The notes under the pieces: model-generated
Database searches by the model: none
Told to the model about the DNA's origin: nothing
What the model saw: only the letters and a program-made list of their open reading frames with translations
Part shown: one piece after another, positions 12,460 through 29,946 of the stretch
How positions within the stretch are numbered: the stretch's first letter is position 1
How the letters are laid out: each line of letters starts with the position of its first letter
Source of the DNA: the human T2T-CHM13v2.0 reference genome, Homo sapiens
Length of the DNA: 64,000 bases
NCBI RefSeq assembly: GCF_009914755.1
Contig: NC_060932.1
Strand: one strand, 5' to 3'
Translations under genes and position numbers: made by a program

Positions 12460-15309
12460 ATTTCAGTCATCTGATTTAGACAGCTTCCGTTTCACATGTC
12501 GTGGAGGTTCCCAAGTGTCACTATCATCTGTTTCTTCTTCATCCTCTTCCTGGTCATCAATAACTTCATCTTCCTCCTCATTTTCCTCAAATAATTCTAT
12601 ACCTAATTCTGATCTTCTCTGTCTTTCTGCAAACCACTCTCTGACCTGCTCATAGCCCATATGTGATTTGTTAACAAGTTCATCAAGGTCTTGCTCATTA
12701 AGAAACTTGTGCTTCAGGTAATAATCCTTAAGTATTGCAGTTCCAGTTTTAAATTTTATGAGTGATGGTCCCCTGTCCCAGTTGTTAATTCTTTTGCTTC
12801 CTCTAGGCCGCCCACGCGGTCTTCCTCTTCCCCGTCCTTTGGGTCTCCCTCTCCCTCTTTTCCTAAGGGAAGACAGACCATTCATACTACTTGAATTGGC
12901 GCTCTGATAGTAGTAGTACCATTTCAAGTTTCCATTCTTCCAAGCATAACGGGTGTCCCCAAACCAACTAACTATGTCTGTTCTAGCAAGCCCGCTTTCT
13001 TTGGCCAACTTGTCATACTCTTCTGGTGATGGCCACTGTGTCCGGACAAATGCACTCTTAAGCATGTGCAGCTGCTCAGGTGTTTTTTTACATATCTTGC
13101 CTGTACTCCCTGACTTAGGTGCACCAGATTCATCTGCAGGAGAAGTTTCTCCAGCTTCTTCTTTGGAACTACCTGCATTACTTTCATCTATTTCCATTTT
13201 CTCTTCCTTTAAAGCTTTTGATTTCTTCTTCTCTGTAAACCAAGCATCGATTTCTCTTCTGGTAAGTTTGGTTTGTGCCCTTAACCTATTTAATTCTTCA
13301 TCTGTAAGTACAGAGCTGTTGAGAAAACTTGCCTGAAGGACACGAAGCTGCTCTGCAGTTTTCTCTTTAAACTTTTGGGGAGTAAAGTCAGGAAAAGGAT
13401 TCCAGGATTGCTTAGGCTGTGCAGTACCAACAGTTGGGGATTCCGTGGTTTCATCACTGGAGTCTATAATAATGGTGGTAGAGGAATCATTGTTGAGATG
13501 TAAGCACTGATTACTCTTTGAATTTCTCTGGTTGTACCTTGTGTCACTAAACCATTTTTTAATCTCTCCTTTCGTCAGGCCTGTTATTTTCATAAGTCTG
13601 ATAATTTCTGAATCATGGGGAAACTGATTTTTAAGGTAGCTAACTTTTAATTCTGCCAGTTGCTCTTTTGTCTTTTTTGCCCGAATGCCAAATGAATCAG
13701 GGTTTACCAATGCAGTTTCATGTTTGACACTTTGAGAAGTTGGAACTGCTGCTGTTGCTGGCTTTGTTTCTGCAGTAGGCTGAGCAGCAGGTACCTGACT
13801 TTTCTGTATATTATTTTGACTTGGAACGCCTGCCACTGTCAAGGCTATAGGTGCTGTAACTGGCAAGGTGTTTGTTCCAGCCACTTGAGTAAGGACCAGA
13901 CCAGGCTGACCAACTATTTGGCATGTCTGTAAAATAGATGGTAAACCATTACTCCCTGTGGAAATGTGTGTAGGAATAACAGTTATGGTCTGAGGTACAG
14001 TATGCACTGTTCCATTGAATTGTTTCCTTCTTGCCTCCTCTACTTCCTCGGGAGTCCAACTAACACCATGTTTTAAACGTTGGGCTGAAAACCATATCTT
14101 GATCTGTTCCTCTGTATATTTTGCTTGAGCAGAAAGAACTGTAATTTCTGACATTGTTGGGTAAGGGAACTTGTTGTAGGTGTTAAGTAAAAGGGGATTG
14201 TTATCCAATGCAGCATTGTAGGTGGGAATGCTATTAACAGGGATTAAGACTTTGGGAATCAAATTAGAATTCTGCTGAGCAGATACAGCAGTTATCACCT
14301 GTGCCAATCCAGGAAGAACTGCTGCTGGTGTCACTACCGTGCTGGCAGTACTTGGATGTATTCTGTTTACAATGGAAGTACTTGTATTAGATTCAGAAGC
14401 TGAAGAACTTGGATTTTCTACAATTTCTTCACGGTCTGGTTTGATTTCATTCTCTTTCTCTTCAGGAACGTCCTCAACTGAGTTATGATGAACTGCAATC
14501 CGTTTATTTTCCACTTTATTTTTCATCATTTTCATGATAGGAGTTTTACTGATAGATATTCCCGAAGAAGAAACTTCTGTAGATTCTGCTTGCTCTGCAT
14601 TCTCCTCTTTAACAAAACTACCATCAAAAGTCAGATCATTTATTGTTTGTTCAAAGATTGTCTGGTTATTACGTTTCACCATAGTCAACTTAAAATTCTC
14701 TTCTCCTGGGTGATATTTCAGATTATGCTCAGAAAGTGCATCATACCTTTTGGTAAGAAAATTGCATTCGACACAAACATAGGATGAATTTAGCACTACA
14801 TTGGGATGTTCCGAATCCACATGAAAAGTAAACATATTTAGATCTGGAGTTTGAAAAGTACAATATTTACATTCATATCCACCTTCAACTTTTTTATTTT
14901 GCTGATTGTCTGAATCCACAGATTCATGAACCTCTTCATCACTTGAGATACTCTCTGCTCTGGTGTTTTCTACAGGTGTAAGCACAGGAGGACCTTCATC
15001 CAAATCTGATATCAACTCAAGGTCTGGATCTTGTTCACTGGCAAGGACCATGCAAGGTGTTGTTGATTTTCGCCTGCTTGCCATTCTGATGTTATGAGGA
15101 AAAGCTCAGTGGTGATTAAAAAGCATCGAGGCTTAAAACTGTTCAGTGTTCTTCATTTGAAAACAATGGCTTTTGGTTCTTCAAGTCCATTTTTGTGCTC
15201 AACAAGTCTCATTAGCAGCTTTCTCATGGTGCAATCAAGTAAAGAGCTTATTGTTGGCAGATAAAATACTGCTGAATTTCTGAAATTTTTGAAGCACAAC
15301 TCCAATCAC
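12460..15309 (-). other. ZHX1: ZHX1 large coding exon (exon 3): 225 nt leader, CDS and 3 nt of 3'UTR
   Basis: Acceptor TTTTAATGTAG|GTG (AG at 15311-15310). Donor TGAAAT|GTAAGT (GT at 12459-12458). Confidence 0.8.
12463..15084 (-). CDS. ZHX1: Zinc fingers and homeoboxes protein 1 (873 aa; two C2H2 zinc fingers, five homeodomains, acidic C-terminus), encoded entirely within one exon
   Basis: Uninterrupted ORF starting [13 protein letters not shown]. Fingers CKYC..HVDSEH and CVEC..HNLKYH. Homeodomain helix-3 motifs IKIWFS, IKKWFS, IDAWFT, IVSWFG, VREWFA. Confidence 0.99.
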   Translation of the reverse strand: MASRRKSTTPCMVLASEQDPDLELISDLDEGPPVLTPVENTRAESISSDEEVHESVDSDNQQNKKVEGGYECKYCTFQTPDLNMFTFHVDSEHPNVVLNSSYVCVECNFLTKRYDALSEHNLKYHPGEENFKLTMVKRNNQTIFEQTINDLTFDGSFVKEENAEQAESTEVSSSGISISKTPIMKMMKNKVENKRIAVHHNSVEDVPEEKENEIKPDREEIVENPSSSASESNTSTSIVNRIHPSTASTVVTPAAVLPGLAQVITAVSAQQNSNLIPKVLIPVNSIPTYNAALDNNPLLLNTYNKFPYPTMSEITVLSAQAKYTEEQIKIWFSAQRLKHGVSWTPEEVEEARRKQFNGTVHTVPQTITVIPTHISTGSNGLPSILQTCQIVGQPGLVLTQVAGTNTLPVTAPIALTVAGVPSQNNIQKSQVPAAQPTAETKPATAAVPTSQSVKHETALVNPDSFGIRAKKTKEQLAELKVSYLKNQFPHDSEIIRLMKITGLTKGEIKKWFSDTRYNQRNSKSNQCLHLNNDSSTTIIIDSSDETTESPTVGTAQPKQSWNPFPDFTPQKFKEKTAEQLRVLQASFLNSSVLTDEELNRLRAQTKLTRREIDAWFTEKKKSKALKEEKMEIDESNAGSSKEEAGETSPADESGAPKSGSTGKICKKTPEQLHMLKSAFVRTQWPSPEEYDKLAKESGLARTDIVSWFGDTRYAWKNGNLKWYYYYQSANSSSMNGLSSLRKRGRGRPKGRGRGRPRGRPRGSKRINNWDRGPSLIKFKTGTAILKDYYLKHKFLNEQDLDELVNKSHMGYEQVREWFAERQRRSELGIELFEENEEEDEVIDDQEEDEEETDDSDTWEPPRHVKRKLSKSDD

Positions 15310-15672
15310 CTACATTAAAATAAATTTTAAAATGTTTTAAAATGAGTAACTATGATCTTTTAAACAAATTATAGTTATAGTTCACTTATATGAAGTGGCT
15401 GGATAGCTCAGTTACAAAGATCTAGAATAAGATAAGAATCAGAAAAAAATGTCCTCTAAAGATCAAAATAAATCTCTCCAGGCCAACTCATTGAATGTTA
15501 AGTACTTTACCTTGGGTCAGACACAAGCTTATTCATTTAAATTTTTTAGCCAGCTATATATTAGAAGACAAGGGGGAAAGGGCCTGCTTTGGCAAGCACA
15601 CTATTATTAATGTGAAATGGCAATGTTAACAAGGAGGAACTTTAACACTATAAAAAGCATTCACAGATACTA

Positions 15673-16356
<684 letters not shown>

Positions 16357-16659
16357 TACCAGAAACATTATTCTTAGCACTTGCCACAATGCTACCAAAA
16401 GTTATAAAGCAGATCTAATCACATCAGTCTCCTGACACAGGTTCCTAATGTTGAAGGAATAAAGTTCAAACTCCTTGTGGGACATATAATCCCTTTCACA
16501 ACCTAGTCTAACCTCACTTTCCTTCCTCCTGTTTCCTTATGCTTTAGGTATACCAGAAATGGCTGCCATTCCACAGACATTCAATGCACTTTCAGACCCT
16601 TACTCAGGCCCTTCCTTAGGTTAGGACACTTGATGTGTTGATCTGTGTGCCCTCTAGGA

Positions 16660-16999
16660 CAGCAGTCCTCAACCTTTTTGGCACCAGGGACTGGTCTCAT
16701 GGAAGACCATTTTTCCACATACCGTGGTGCGAGGGGATGAGATGGTTTTGGGATGAAACTCTTCCACCTCAGATCTGGCATTAGATTCTCACAGGGAGTG
16801 CGCAACCTAGAGCCCTCGCATGCACAGTCACAATAGGGTTGTGCTCCTATGAGAATCTAATGCTGCTGCTCATCTAACAGAAGGCAGAGTTCAGGTGGTA
16901 ATGCTTGCTTGCCTACCTCTCACCTTCTGCTGTGCGGCCCAGTTCCTAACAGGTCATGGATTGGTACTGGTCCATGGCACAGGGGTTGGGGACCCCTAC
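16660..16999 (+). mobile_element. hAT-Charlie MER1-like DNA transposon
   Basis: Termini CAGCAGTCCTCAACCTTTTTGGCACCAGGGAC ... GGGGTTGGGGACCCCT. Confidence 0.75.
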
Positions 17000-17170
17000 T
17001 AGAGATCACCTTCTCCCTTTCATTTGGTCCCATTTCCTCCCGTTTATTTTCTAGTCTAGTACTTACCATACTGTACATGGCAGAGTAATGTTACATTTCT
17101 GTCCCTGCACCACCATCCATATCTGTGGTCTCCTTACTCTAGATATTGTGTCTCATTTTTAATAACAGCT

Positions 17171-17597
17171 TGCTATAATTTGGATGTTTGATCCCTTCAA
17201 ATCTCATGTTGAAATTCGATCCCCAATCTTGGAGGCAGAGCCTAATAGGAGGTGTCTGGGTCATGGGGTCAGATCCCTCATCAACAGTTTGGTGCTGTCC
17301 ATGTGGTAATGAGTGAGTTCTCGCTCTACCAGTTCCTGCAGGAGCTGGTTGTTAGGAAGAGCCTGGCACCTCCCCACTGTCTCTCTTGCTTCCTTTCTTG
17401 CCATGTGATCTCTGCCCACATGCATTCCCCATCATCTTCTGTCATGAGTGGAAGCTGCCTGAGGCCATCACCAGCAGCAGATGCTGGAGCCATGCTTCTT
17501 GTACAGTCTGCAGAACTGTGAACCAAAGAAACCCTTTATCTTTCTAAATTACCTAGCTCTGGGTATTCCTTTATAGGAACACAAAGAGACTGAGACA
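17171..17597 (+). mobile_element. MaLR solo LTR (MSTB-like)
   Basis: TG...CA ends with a perfect 5-bp target-site duplication CAGCT (17166-17170 and 17598-17602). Confidence 0.85.
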
Positions 17598-17622
17598 CAG
17601 CTTTTTTGAGATAAAACAAAGT

Positions 17623-17695
17623 CCCCCAAACTCTGGATTGAGCCAAGGAACTTTGTATCTTCAACCTAATACTCTCCCAGCTGAGCTATTTTGGC
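17623..17695 (-). tRNA. Degenerate tRNA-Phe(GAA) gene, probably a pseudogene
   Basis: GCCAAAATAGCTCAGCTGGGAGAGTATTAGGTTGAAGATACAAAGTTCCTTGGCTCAATCCAGAGTTTGGGGG is 73 nt and colinear with cytosolic tRNA-Phe. A box intact, B box altered (GGCTCAATCC), stems mismatched. Confidence 0.85.
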
Positions 17696-19015
17696 TGACA
17701 TCTCATTAATGTTGCATTCCCAAGTGCATATAAGAAGCCTGAATTTAGGGAGGTAATCACTCAATGTTTATTAAATTGACTAGAATGAAGAGGAAAATAG
17801 TCCTACAAAACTCAACAGGACCTGCAGGAGGCATCACCATAGAGAACAGTATCTGAAATTCACAATAATAACTTTAAATAATCAAGAAAAAATGAATTAG
17901 GATCATAAAATATATTTAAATAAATTTTATACCTAAAATTTTTAAAATAAAAAGTTTTATGCTAAGTAAAGTTTGTGTTTCTGAAGTCTAATCCAACTGA
18001 AAACGAATAAAATGGGTAAGTGATTTCATTTATTCTTCACCACAAATTAGAGCTATTTTTAATTTACTGGCATCCCAGCTGAATGGAGAAGAAGAGAGTT
18101 TGCTTCAAAAATTATTAAGCAAAACCAGGTCCCTATGAGACAATACATCTAGTCAGTAAATGGAGAGACATTTTTAGGAAAGAGAGCAGTCCTAAGAGAG
18201 AATATCCTGACTTTGAAGGACGGTAAAATCCTCCTCACTGGAATTATTCAAATACAGACTACACATCCAAGTAGCAGAAGGAAAATTGGACTAAATGTCC
18301 TTTGTTCCCTAATTTCCCATATTACCAAATAAAGAGCATCAGTTTAAAAATAATAGTGGTATTAATAATCCAGATCCCTACTCTCAAAGATGTCATTCTT
18401 TTTTTCTTTAAAACACTCTTGATTTCTAAGATATTATAAAGAAATCACTGATATTTACAACTATTTCTTAACCAAATGTTATAAACTAAGCCAATGTTAT
18501 CTTTTAATCAAATAGGGGTTGCCATTTTTTTTTTCAAGTATCAACACAGATGTTTGATCATTTTTTGTCATTAGAAACAGGGAATTCCTTAAATGGCTCC
18601 AAATAAGTGGTCCAGACATGGTGGTACACATCTGTAATCCAGCTATTCAGGAAGCTAAGGCAGGAAGATTCCCTGAGTCTACGAGTTCAAGACTGGGCAA
18701 CATGGTAAGATACTGTTTCTAAAAAAAATAGTAAGTGGAAGAGTAATAAATGAGCAGCACTCATATTTTGAACAGTAAAGGGAATTGTTGAAAGGCAGAG
18801 GAGTAACCTATTTTGTGACTGTTACTTTCCTGGAATCTGAGAGAGACTATATTTAATTGGGGTATAATAATAGTTGGAAGGCAAGAGGGTTTCTTTCTGA
18901 AACTTTTTCCTCAAAGTGGTGGTTTTCAAACTTTTTGTTTTAAGCAGGGGAGCCCTTTCATCAAACAAAATGCTATGAGAAATCCCAGGTCAAAACAGAT
19001 AAAAGAGAAGCCATC

Positions 19016-20212
<1,197 letters not shown>

Positions 20213-21980
20213 CTAACAAAAGTAAGGTCAGTGTATTATTTAACATATTTCTAAAAAGAGACTGAGAAGTCCCAAAAGAGTTTCAAGATTTGGTCCAAAA
20301 GCTCAATTCTGCATAATGTGTATAGTCTAAAAATAGACCAAAGGGCAAACAAAGGTATCCTCGGAATTATTATTATAAAGTCATAAGTTTGGAGGAAACA
20401 AGGATCTTAATCTTAGTACAACTGCCCCATTTTTATGGAAGAAGAATCCCAGGCCCAGAGTAATTAATTCATAAAGTCATTGTGAATAGGGTAAAGCCAC
20501 AGGTTTTGCAGTCACCTCTGTCAATTAGTAGTTAGGTGCCTGGAAGAGCTATTCAATTCAACCTCAATTTTCTCAAGATTCTTCAATTCAACAAATTTGT
20601 TGAATGTCAACCACATGAAAGGCAATAATGATGCAATGGTGACCAAGACAGGCAGTCTCTGGTTTTTCAGGTACCAGCAGTGAAGCAAGGAAAGCAAGCA
20701 GTAAACAATTACTTAGAATAACTATGATCAGTGCAGTAAGAAAGATATCAGTACACTGCAGGAGGCTTCTAGAAAAGAAGCAGAGAAGGCTTCCCTGGGG
20801 GAAAAAGAAATAGTAGTATCCACATCAGAGGAAGTAAAAATGCTTCCTTCACTTACTTTGATACAAAACAGGTGCCTAATTGATGCTATTTTCAGTCCCT
20901 GAAAAATTCTTTCCAGAAAAAAATAACATTTTTTAATATTATAAATTCTCTCACTTTTTTTTAGCAACTTAATCAGCTGAAAATGCACAAAAATTGGATG
21001 AAAAAGTAAAAGTAAAAATACAGAATAAGAATTTCTAGGATGTCGTTCCTATTCATCTCCCTTTGTCATTAAAGTGCAATGGGACTGGGACAGGAAAATT
21101 GCTGTATAGAAATCACTATTAGCTGAAGGCATCACATCCTCTATTTGAAGGTCAACTAAAAATAGGGCTCAAAATCAATTTGGGGAAGCTTGCACTATTT
21201 ACCTATAAAAAGAGGTTAGAGGTCAGTTGCACAACTCAGTAGCTAGGTGACTCTGCAATTAAAACACAATTAAAATTAAGTTGGCCAATAAAAAAAAGTA
21301 TGCTGTCAATGCATCCAGCACTGTAAATGTAATTACTTTTCAAAACTGCTTTCAGTTAACTTTTCAGTACGGGAAGTGTTTTTAGAAAACTGATCAAATT
21401 AATTTAATTGCTATACTGCCATTAAAATTGATAATCTTAAGAGTAATTAAGGAATATGGAAAAACTACCCATTTACTATTAAATTTTTTAAAACTCAGAA
21501 AATTTGCATATAATTATAATAACTGTGAGGAAATATGTATGCATGTGAACAAAGATGAGATGAGAGTATGTAAAAAAATGAAAATTTCACGAGATTATGG
21601 GTGACATTTTTATGTGTGATATTCACAAGTTTTCTTTTTCTTTTGCTTTGTTTTTTTCCTTTTTAGGGAGAACAGAGTCCCGTTACGTTGCCCAGGCTGG
21701 TCTTGAACTCTTGGGCTCAAGTAATCTTCCCACCTCTGCCTCCCTGTGTTGGGATTACAGGCATGAGCTATCCTGCCTAGCCTACAAATTTTCTTTAATA
21801 TTGTTATCACATTGCTTTATTATAAAGTACAACAAACAACAGCTTCAAGACCCTAAAATTGCAAATAGACTAAAATATTTCTATGGCCAGTTTATGACCA
21901 ATCTTTCTACGGTCAAGCTGGAAACAAGGTTTCTTTTCTATTATTAAGGCAAAAAACATGGCTACATAAAGGATTTTCCA

Positions 21981-22068
21981 GTGCTGGCTTCCACAGCACA
22001 AATACTAAAATTGGAACCATGCGGAGAAGATTAGCATGGCCCTTGGGCAAGGATGACATGCAAATTTG
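21981..22068 (+). pseudogene. U6 snRNA retropseudogene (3'-truncated)
   Basis: GTGCTGGCTTCCACAGCACAAATACTAAAATTGGAAC...GATTAGCATGGCCC...AGGATGACATGCAAATT. Target-site duplication AAAGGATTTTCCAG at 21968-21981 and 22243-22256. Confidence 0.92.
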
Positions 22069-22069
22069 T

Positions 22070-22242
22070 TTAAAAAAAAAAAAAGAAAGAAAAGAAAGGG
22101 AGGGAGGGAGGAAGAGAGGAAAGTAGGAAGGAAGGAAGAAAGAGAAGGAAGAGAAGCGGGAAGGGGAGGGGAGAGGAGTGGAGGGGAAGGGAGGCTTGGA
22201 AGAAGGAAGGAAGGAAATATCAAAGTAAAAAAAAAAAAAAAA
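22070..22242 (+). repeat. Polypurine (GGAA/GGGA/A) low-complexity tract inside the U6 insertion
   Basis: About 170 nt almost purely A/G, lying between the U6 body and the 3' TSD. Confidence 0.9.
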
Positions 22243-22674
22243 AAAGGATTTTCCAGGGAAGCAAGAATCCCTCAGTATGTAGCATTCAGGTATAGTTTTT
22301 GGAGCTCTGAGAAGTCAGATTGGCTCTAAGAGCTCTCAAGACCACTCAAACACAATCTCCAGGGTGTAGATCTAGACTAGCCAGTTTCCGTAGATCTATC
22401 TGTATACTGGATCTTCTCCTGAGGGTAGGATACCCATCAATCAACTTATGATTCTGAACTCATCAAAACAATTACAATTTTTACAATTTTACAGGTAATA
22501 GTTCTCTACAGAAAAGCATTTAATGAAAGCAAAATGTGTTTTATCACAATCTAAAAAGTTTGAGAGTTCTTATTCAAGTTCTTCTTTTATGATCAGAAAG
22601 AGTATCTACTTAGCTATCCACTATATTCCCAGGGCCCAACAAAATACTTATTAGGACCCCAATAATGTTTGCTA

Positions 22675-24343
<1,669 letters not shown>

Positions 24344-25779
24344 GAGCATTTAGAAGATACTATAGTTTTTAGGGATCATGTTAATTTTGATGTAGCATCA
24401 AAAATAAAACTGTTCTTAGGTAGCAAAAATATACACACTGAGAATCCCTTGGAATCTGCATTTGTATATATACCGAGAATGTTTGGGACTCTGTATTCTA
24501 TTTAGTTTCACTTCTCTCTGAGTCAAGAGTTCTGTTTAGCCAGCTGAAAATACTTTAACACGTTTGTATTCAACTAGAAGTTACAAATCCACAAAAATCA
24601 CGGAATGCCTAAACAGTACAAACAAAGAATTAGGTCATATTAAAACAAAAGGTATCCACCGTGTTAAAAAAAATAAAGGTGATTTTATACAATTAAGGTA
24701 TTTTCAAAGTTAAAATGTAAAAATAAAAATAAAATGTTAAAACATTTAGAAACATCAAGTTCTTAAAAAATTAAATTAGGAATTTGACAACACAAATTTA
24801 CATCCACAGCAAATGTTTTTAAAGATTGCTGGTAACCTACAATCATGACCTGAGAGATAAGTCTCAAGAAAACTGTAAAAAATAGTCTCAAGACAATAGA
24901 AAATCAAGTATTAAAGTGAATATACAAACAGGAATAAAAATAATAAAAGTGAAAGCATCTAAGAAATTGTGGTCAAAGATAATCAAATGTCAGAGGATAC
25001 CTTTGCTAATGCTAATTAAGGCTGAAAGGTAAGAAACCCTATCCTCTCTATCTGTTTTTTTCCATCTGAGAAAGCAGACCTTAATGACACTAAAGATTAA
25101 AAGAAGAATCCAAATCGGACAGATTTTTTTCTGGCAAGCTCTGACCACAGATTTGCGGGAGTGAAATGTCTTTTTGAAAGGTCTCTCCCTAGGACACTAA
25201 CATCCTAGTTTTCTCCCCACAGCTGGCAGGTAGGTAGGTAAGTACGTAATACATTGAAAGTGATATATAAACTAGCAGTATCATGAAATCTCTTATCTTG
25301 TGAAGAGTTTGTGAATGTGATCGAAAAGTCATTTTCTACTGAAAACAATTTTTCCCTACTTTTCTCAAGAAGGTGTGTTAAGTCTTTTACAGCCAGTCTA
25401 ACACAAGAATGCTATTCTCAGTTCCAAGTGAGATTACCTTTGAAGACTGAAAAACCATTCATCTGGTCATTATCTTCCCTATTTATAATGGTAAGGTAAC
25501 TGTTACCCACTTCACTGAGGATATAATGATTTGATTTTTCAAAATACTTTGAAAGATAATAGTAATCAGTATTGGTAATATCAACTTATAAGAACTCTGT
25601 TATCCATTTTTTAAAAATGAAAACTGCCACATTAATGTTTATCAAATCTTTCCTAGTATTTTCTGGAATCATCTAAAATAACAATAGGACAAATGCTTCT
25701 TATAAAAGCCAATTAATTAATCAGATAAAATATAAAAACAATTATGTACAAATACATTCAAATATATATATATTTTTTA

Positions 25780-25883
25780 CGTCACACAGGTAATGTGCCA
25801 GTGTCATAACAAGGTTTGAGAAAGGCACATTTCACACATAAGCATGAAAACCCAATCATCACACTTAAGAACTACAAAAGGAT
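25780..25883 (-). pseudogene. U13 (SNORD13) snoRNA-derived retrocopy
   Basis: The minus strand reads ATCCTTTTGTAGTTCTTAAGTGTGATGATTGGG...GCACATTACCTGTGTGACG, about 104 nt like U13. Box C TGATGA is present and box D is changed from CTGA to GTGA. Flanking direct repeat ATTCAAATAT. Confidence 0.85.
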
Positions 25884-26410
25884 CAATATTCAAATATTTA
25901 AGTTTTGGTATGGTTAATATAAGTAAGAGTATTTAATTAATATCCTGACTCTTATAATTAACTATTATTAGTAGCCTACGTTTTGAAAATACAGTTTCAG
26001 AATTTGTTCTTGTACATCCTGAAGCATTTTTCTGGATATAGGCAAAAGCATAGCAAAATTTCTAGATCAATTTCCCCATACCAAAGGTACATTTTGTCTT
26101 GTTTACCTCTGTTATCACAGCACTTGGTATAGTGCCTGACACAGCAGATTTTATCAAATACTAATTTTAAAATCAATTATAAATATACAAGATTTATTAT
26201 GAAGTATGATGCCGTCTCCTTTTAAATTAAAGCAGTCCTATACTTATAGCTCTTAAAATTTGAAAGTATATTAAAAAAAAGTGTTAAGCATATGTCTGCT
26301 GCTTTTTAAGGAAAGCTTTTAAAAACTTTAGACAAATATAGTATCATGGGATCTAAAGTGAGTACATTCAGTATCTGAGTTTTACCATACCAAAACAATG
26401 AAACACATAC

Positions 26411-26431
26411 TTGCCACAGCTTCCTTAGCAT
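26411..26431 (-). CDS. ZHX1-C8orf76: Alternative N-terminus MLRKLWQ of the ZHX1-C8orf76 read-through protein, also the start of a ZHX1 uORF
   Basis: AGAATGCTAAGGAAGCTGTGGCAA|GT ends in phase 0, like C8orf76 exon 1. Agrees with my recollection of the read-through product having a distinct short N-terminus. Confidence 0.7.
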
Positions 26432-26524
26432 TCTGTTCTTTGAAATGGAAGGGTATCCCTTCTAGTTAGATGTTTAGCTCAGGCCATCATTACCAACAGG
26501 TCCAAAGCAGCAGTCTGTCTTCTC
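26411..26524 (-). other. ZHX1: ZHX1 exon 2 (114 nt, 5' leader)
   Basis: Acceptor GACTTTTTTGTAG|GAG (AG at 26526-26525). Donor CAA|GTATGT (GT at 26410-26409). Confidence 0.75.
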
Positions 26525-26857
26525 CTACAAAAAAGTCATATTTTATTATTCTAGATATAATTTAGCCTTAGTCAGGAAATTTTTACAATTTAATGCCTTA
26601 GCTTTTAATAAATAAATGTAATTTTGAAAAAAAAAGTTTATTCCCTCATCAAAACTTTAAAAGAACCATTTAAATACCAATCCTAATATTGGTAGTAAAC
26701 ACAAAAACTACACATTAAAAAAACTCTATTTATATCATATAGAACAACTAAATAACTATTAGACCATTTTGAATAAAATTTCAAAACGTGAATATATGCC
26801 GTCTCTAGTGTGAAAATTGAGATGCAGAAATTGGGAGTTCTTTAAAATGAGTATACC

Positions 26858-29946
<3,089 letters not shown>

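Noticed and set aside
12953-14787. Plus-strand ORFs antisense to the ZHX1 CDS
   Set aside because: Shadow frames of the coding exon with no independent support.
25780-25883. U13 copy as a functional intronic C/D snoRNA
   Set aside because: Box D is mutated (GTGA) and there are multiple CpG-decay substitutions.
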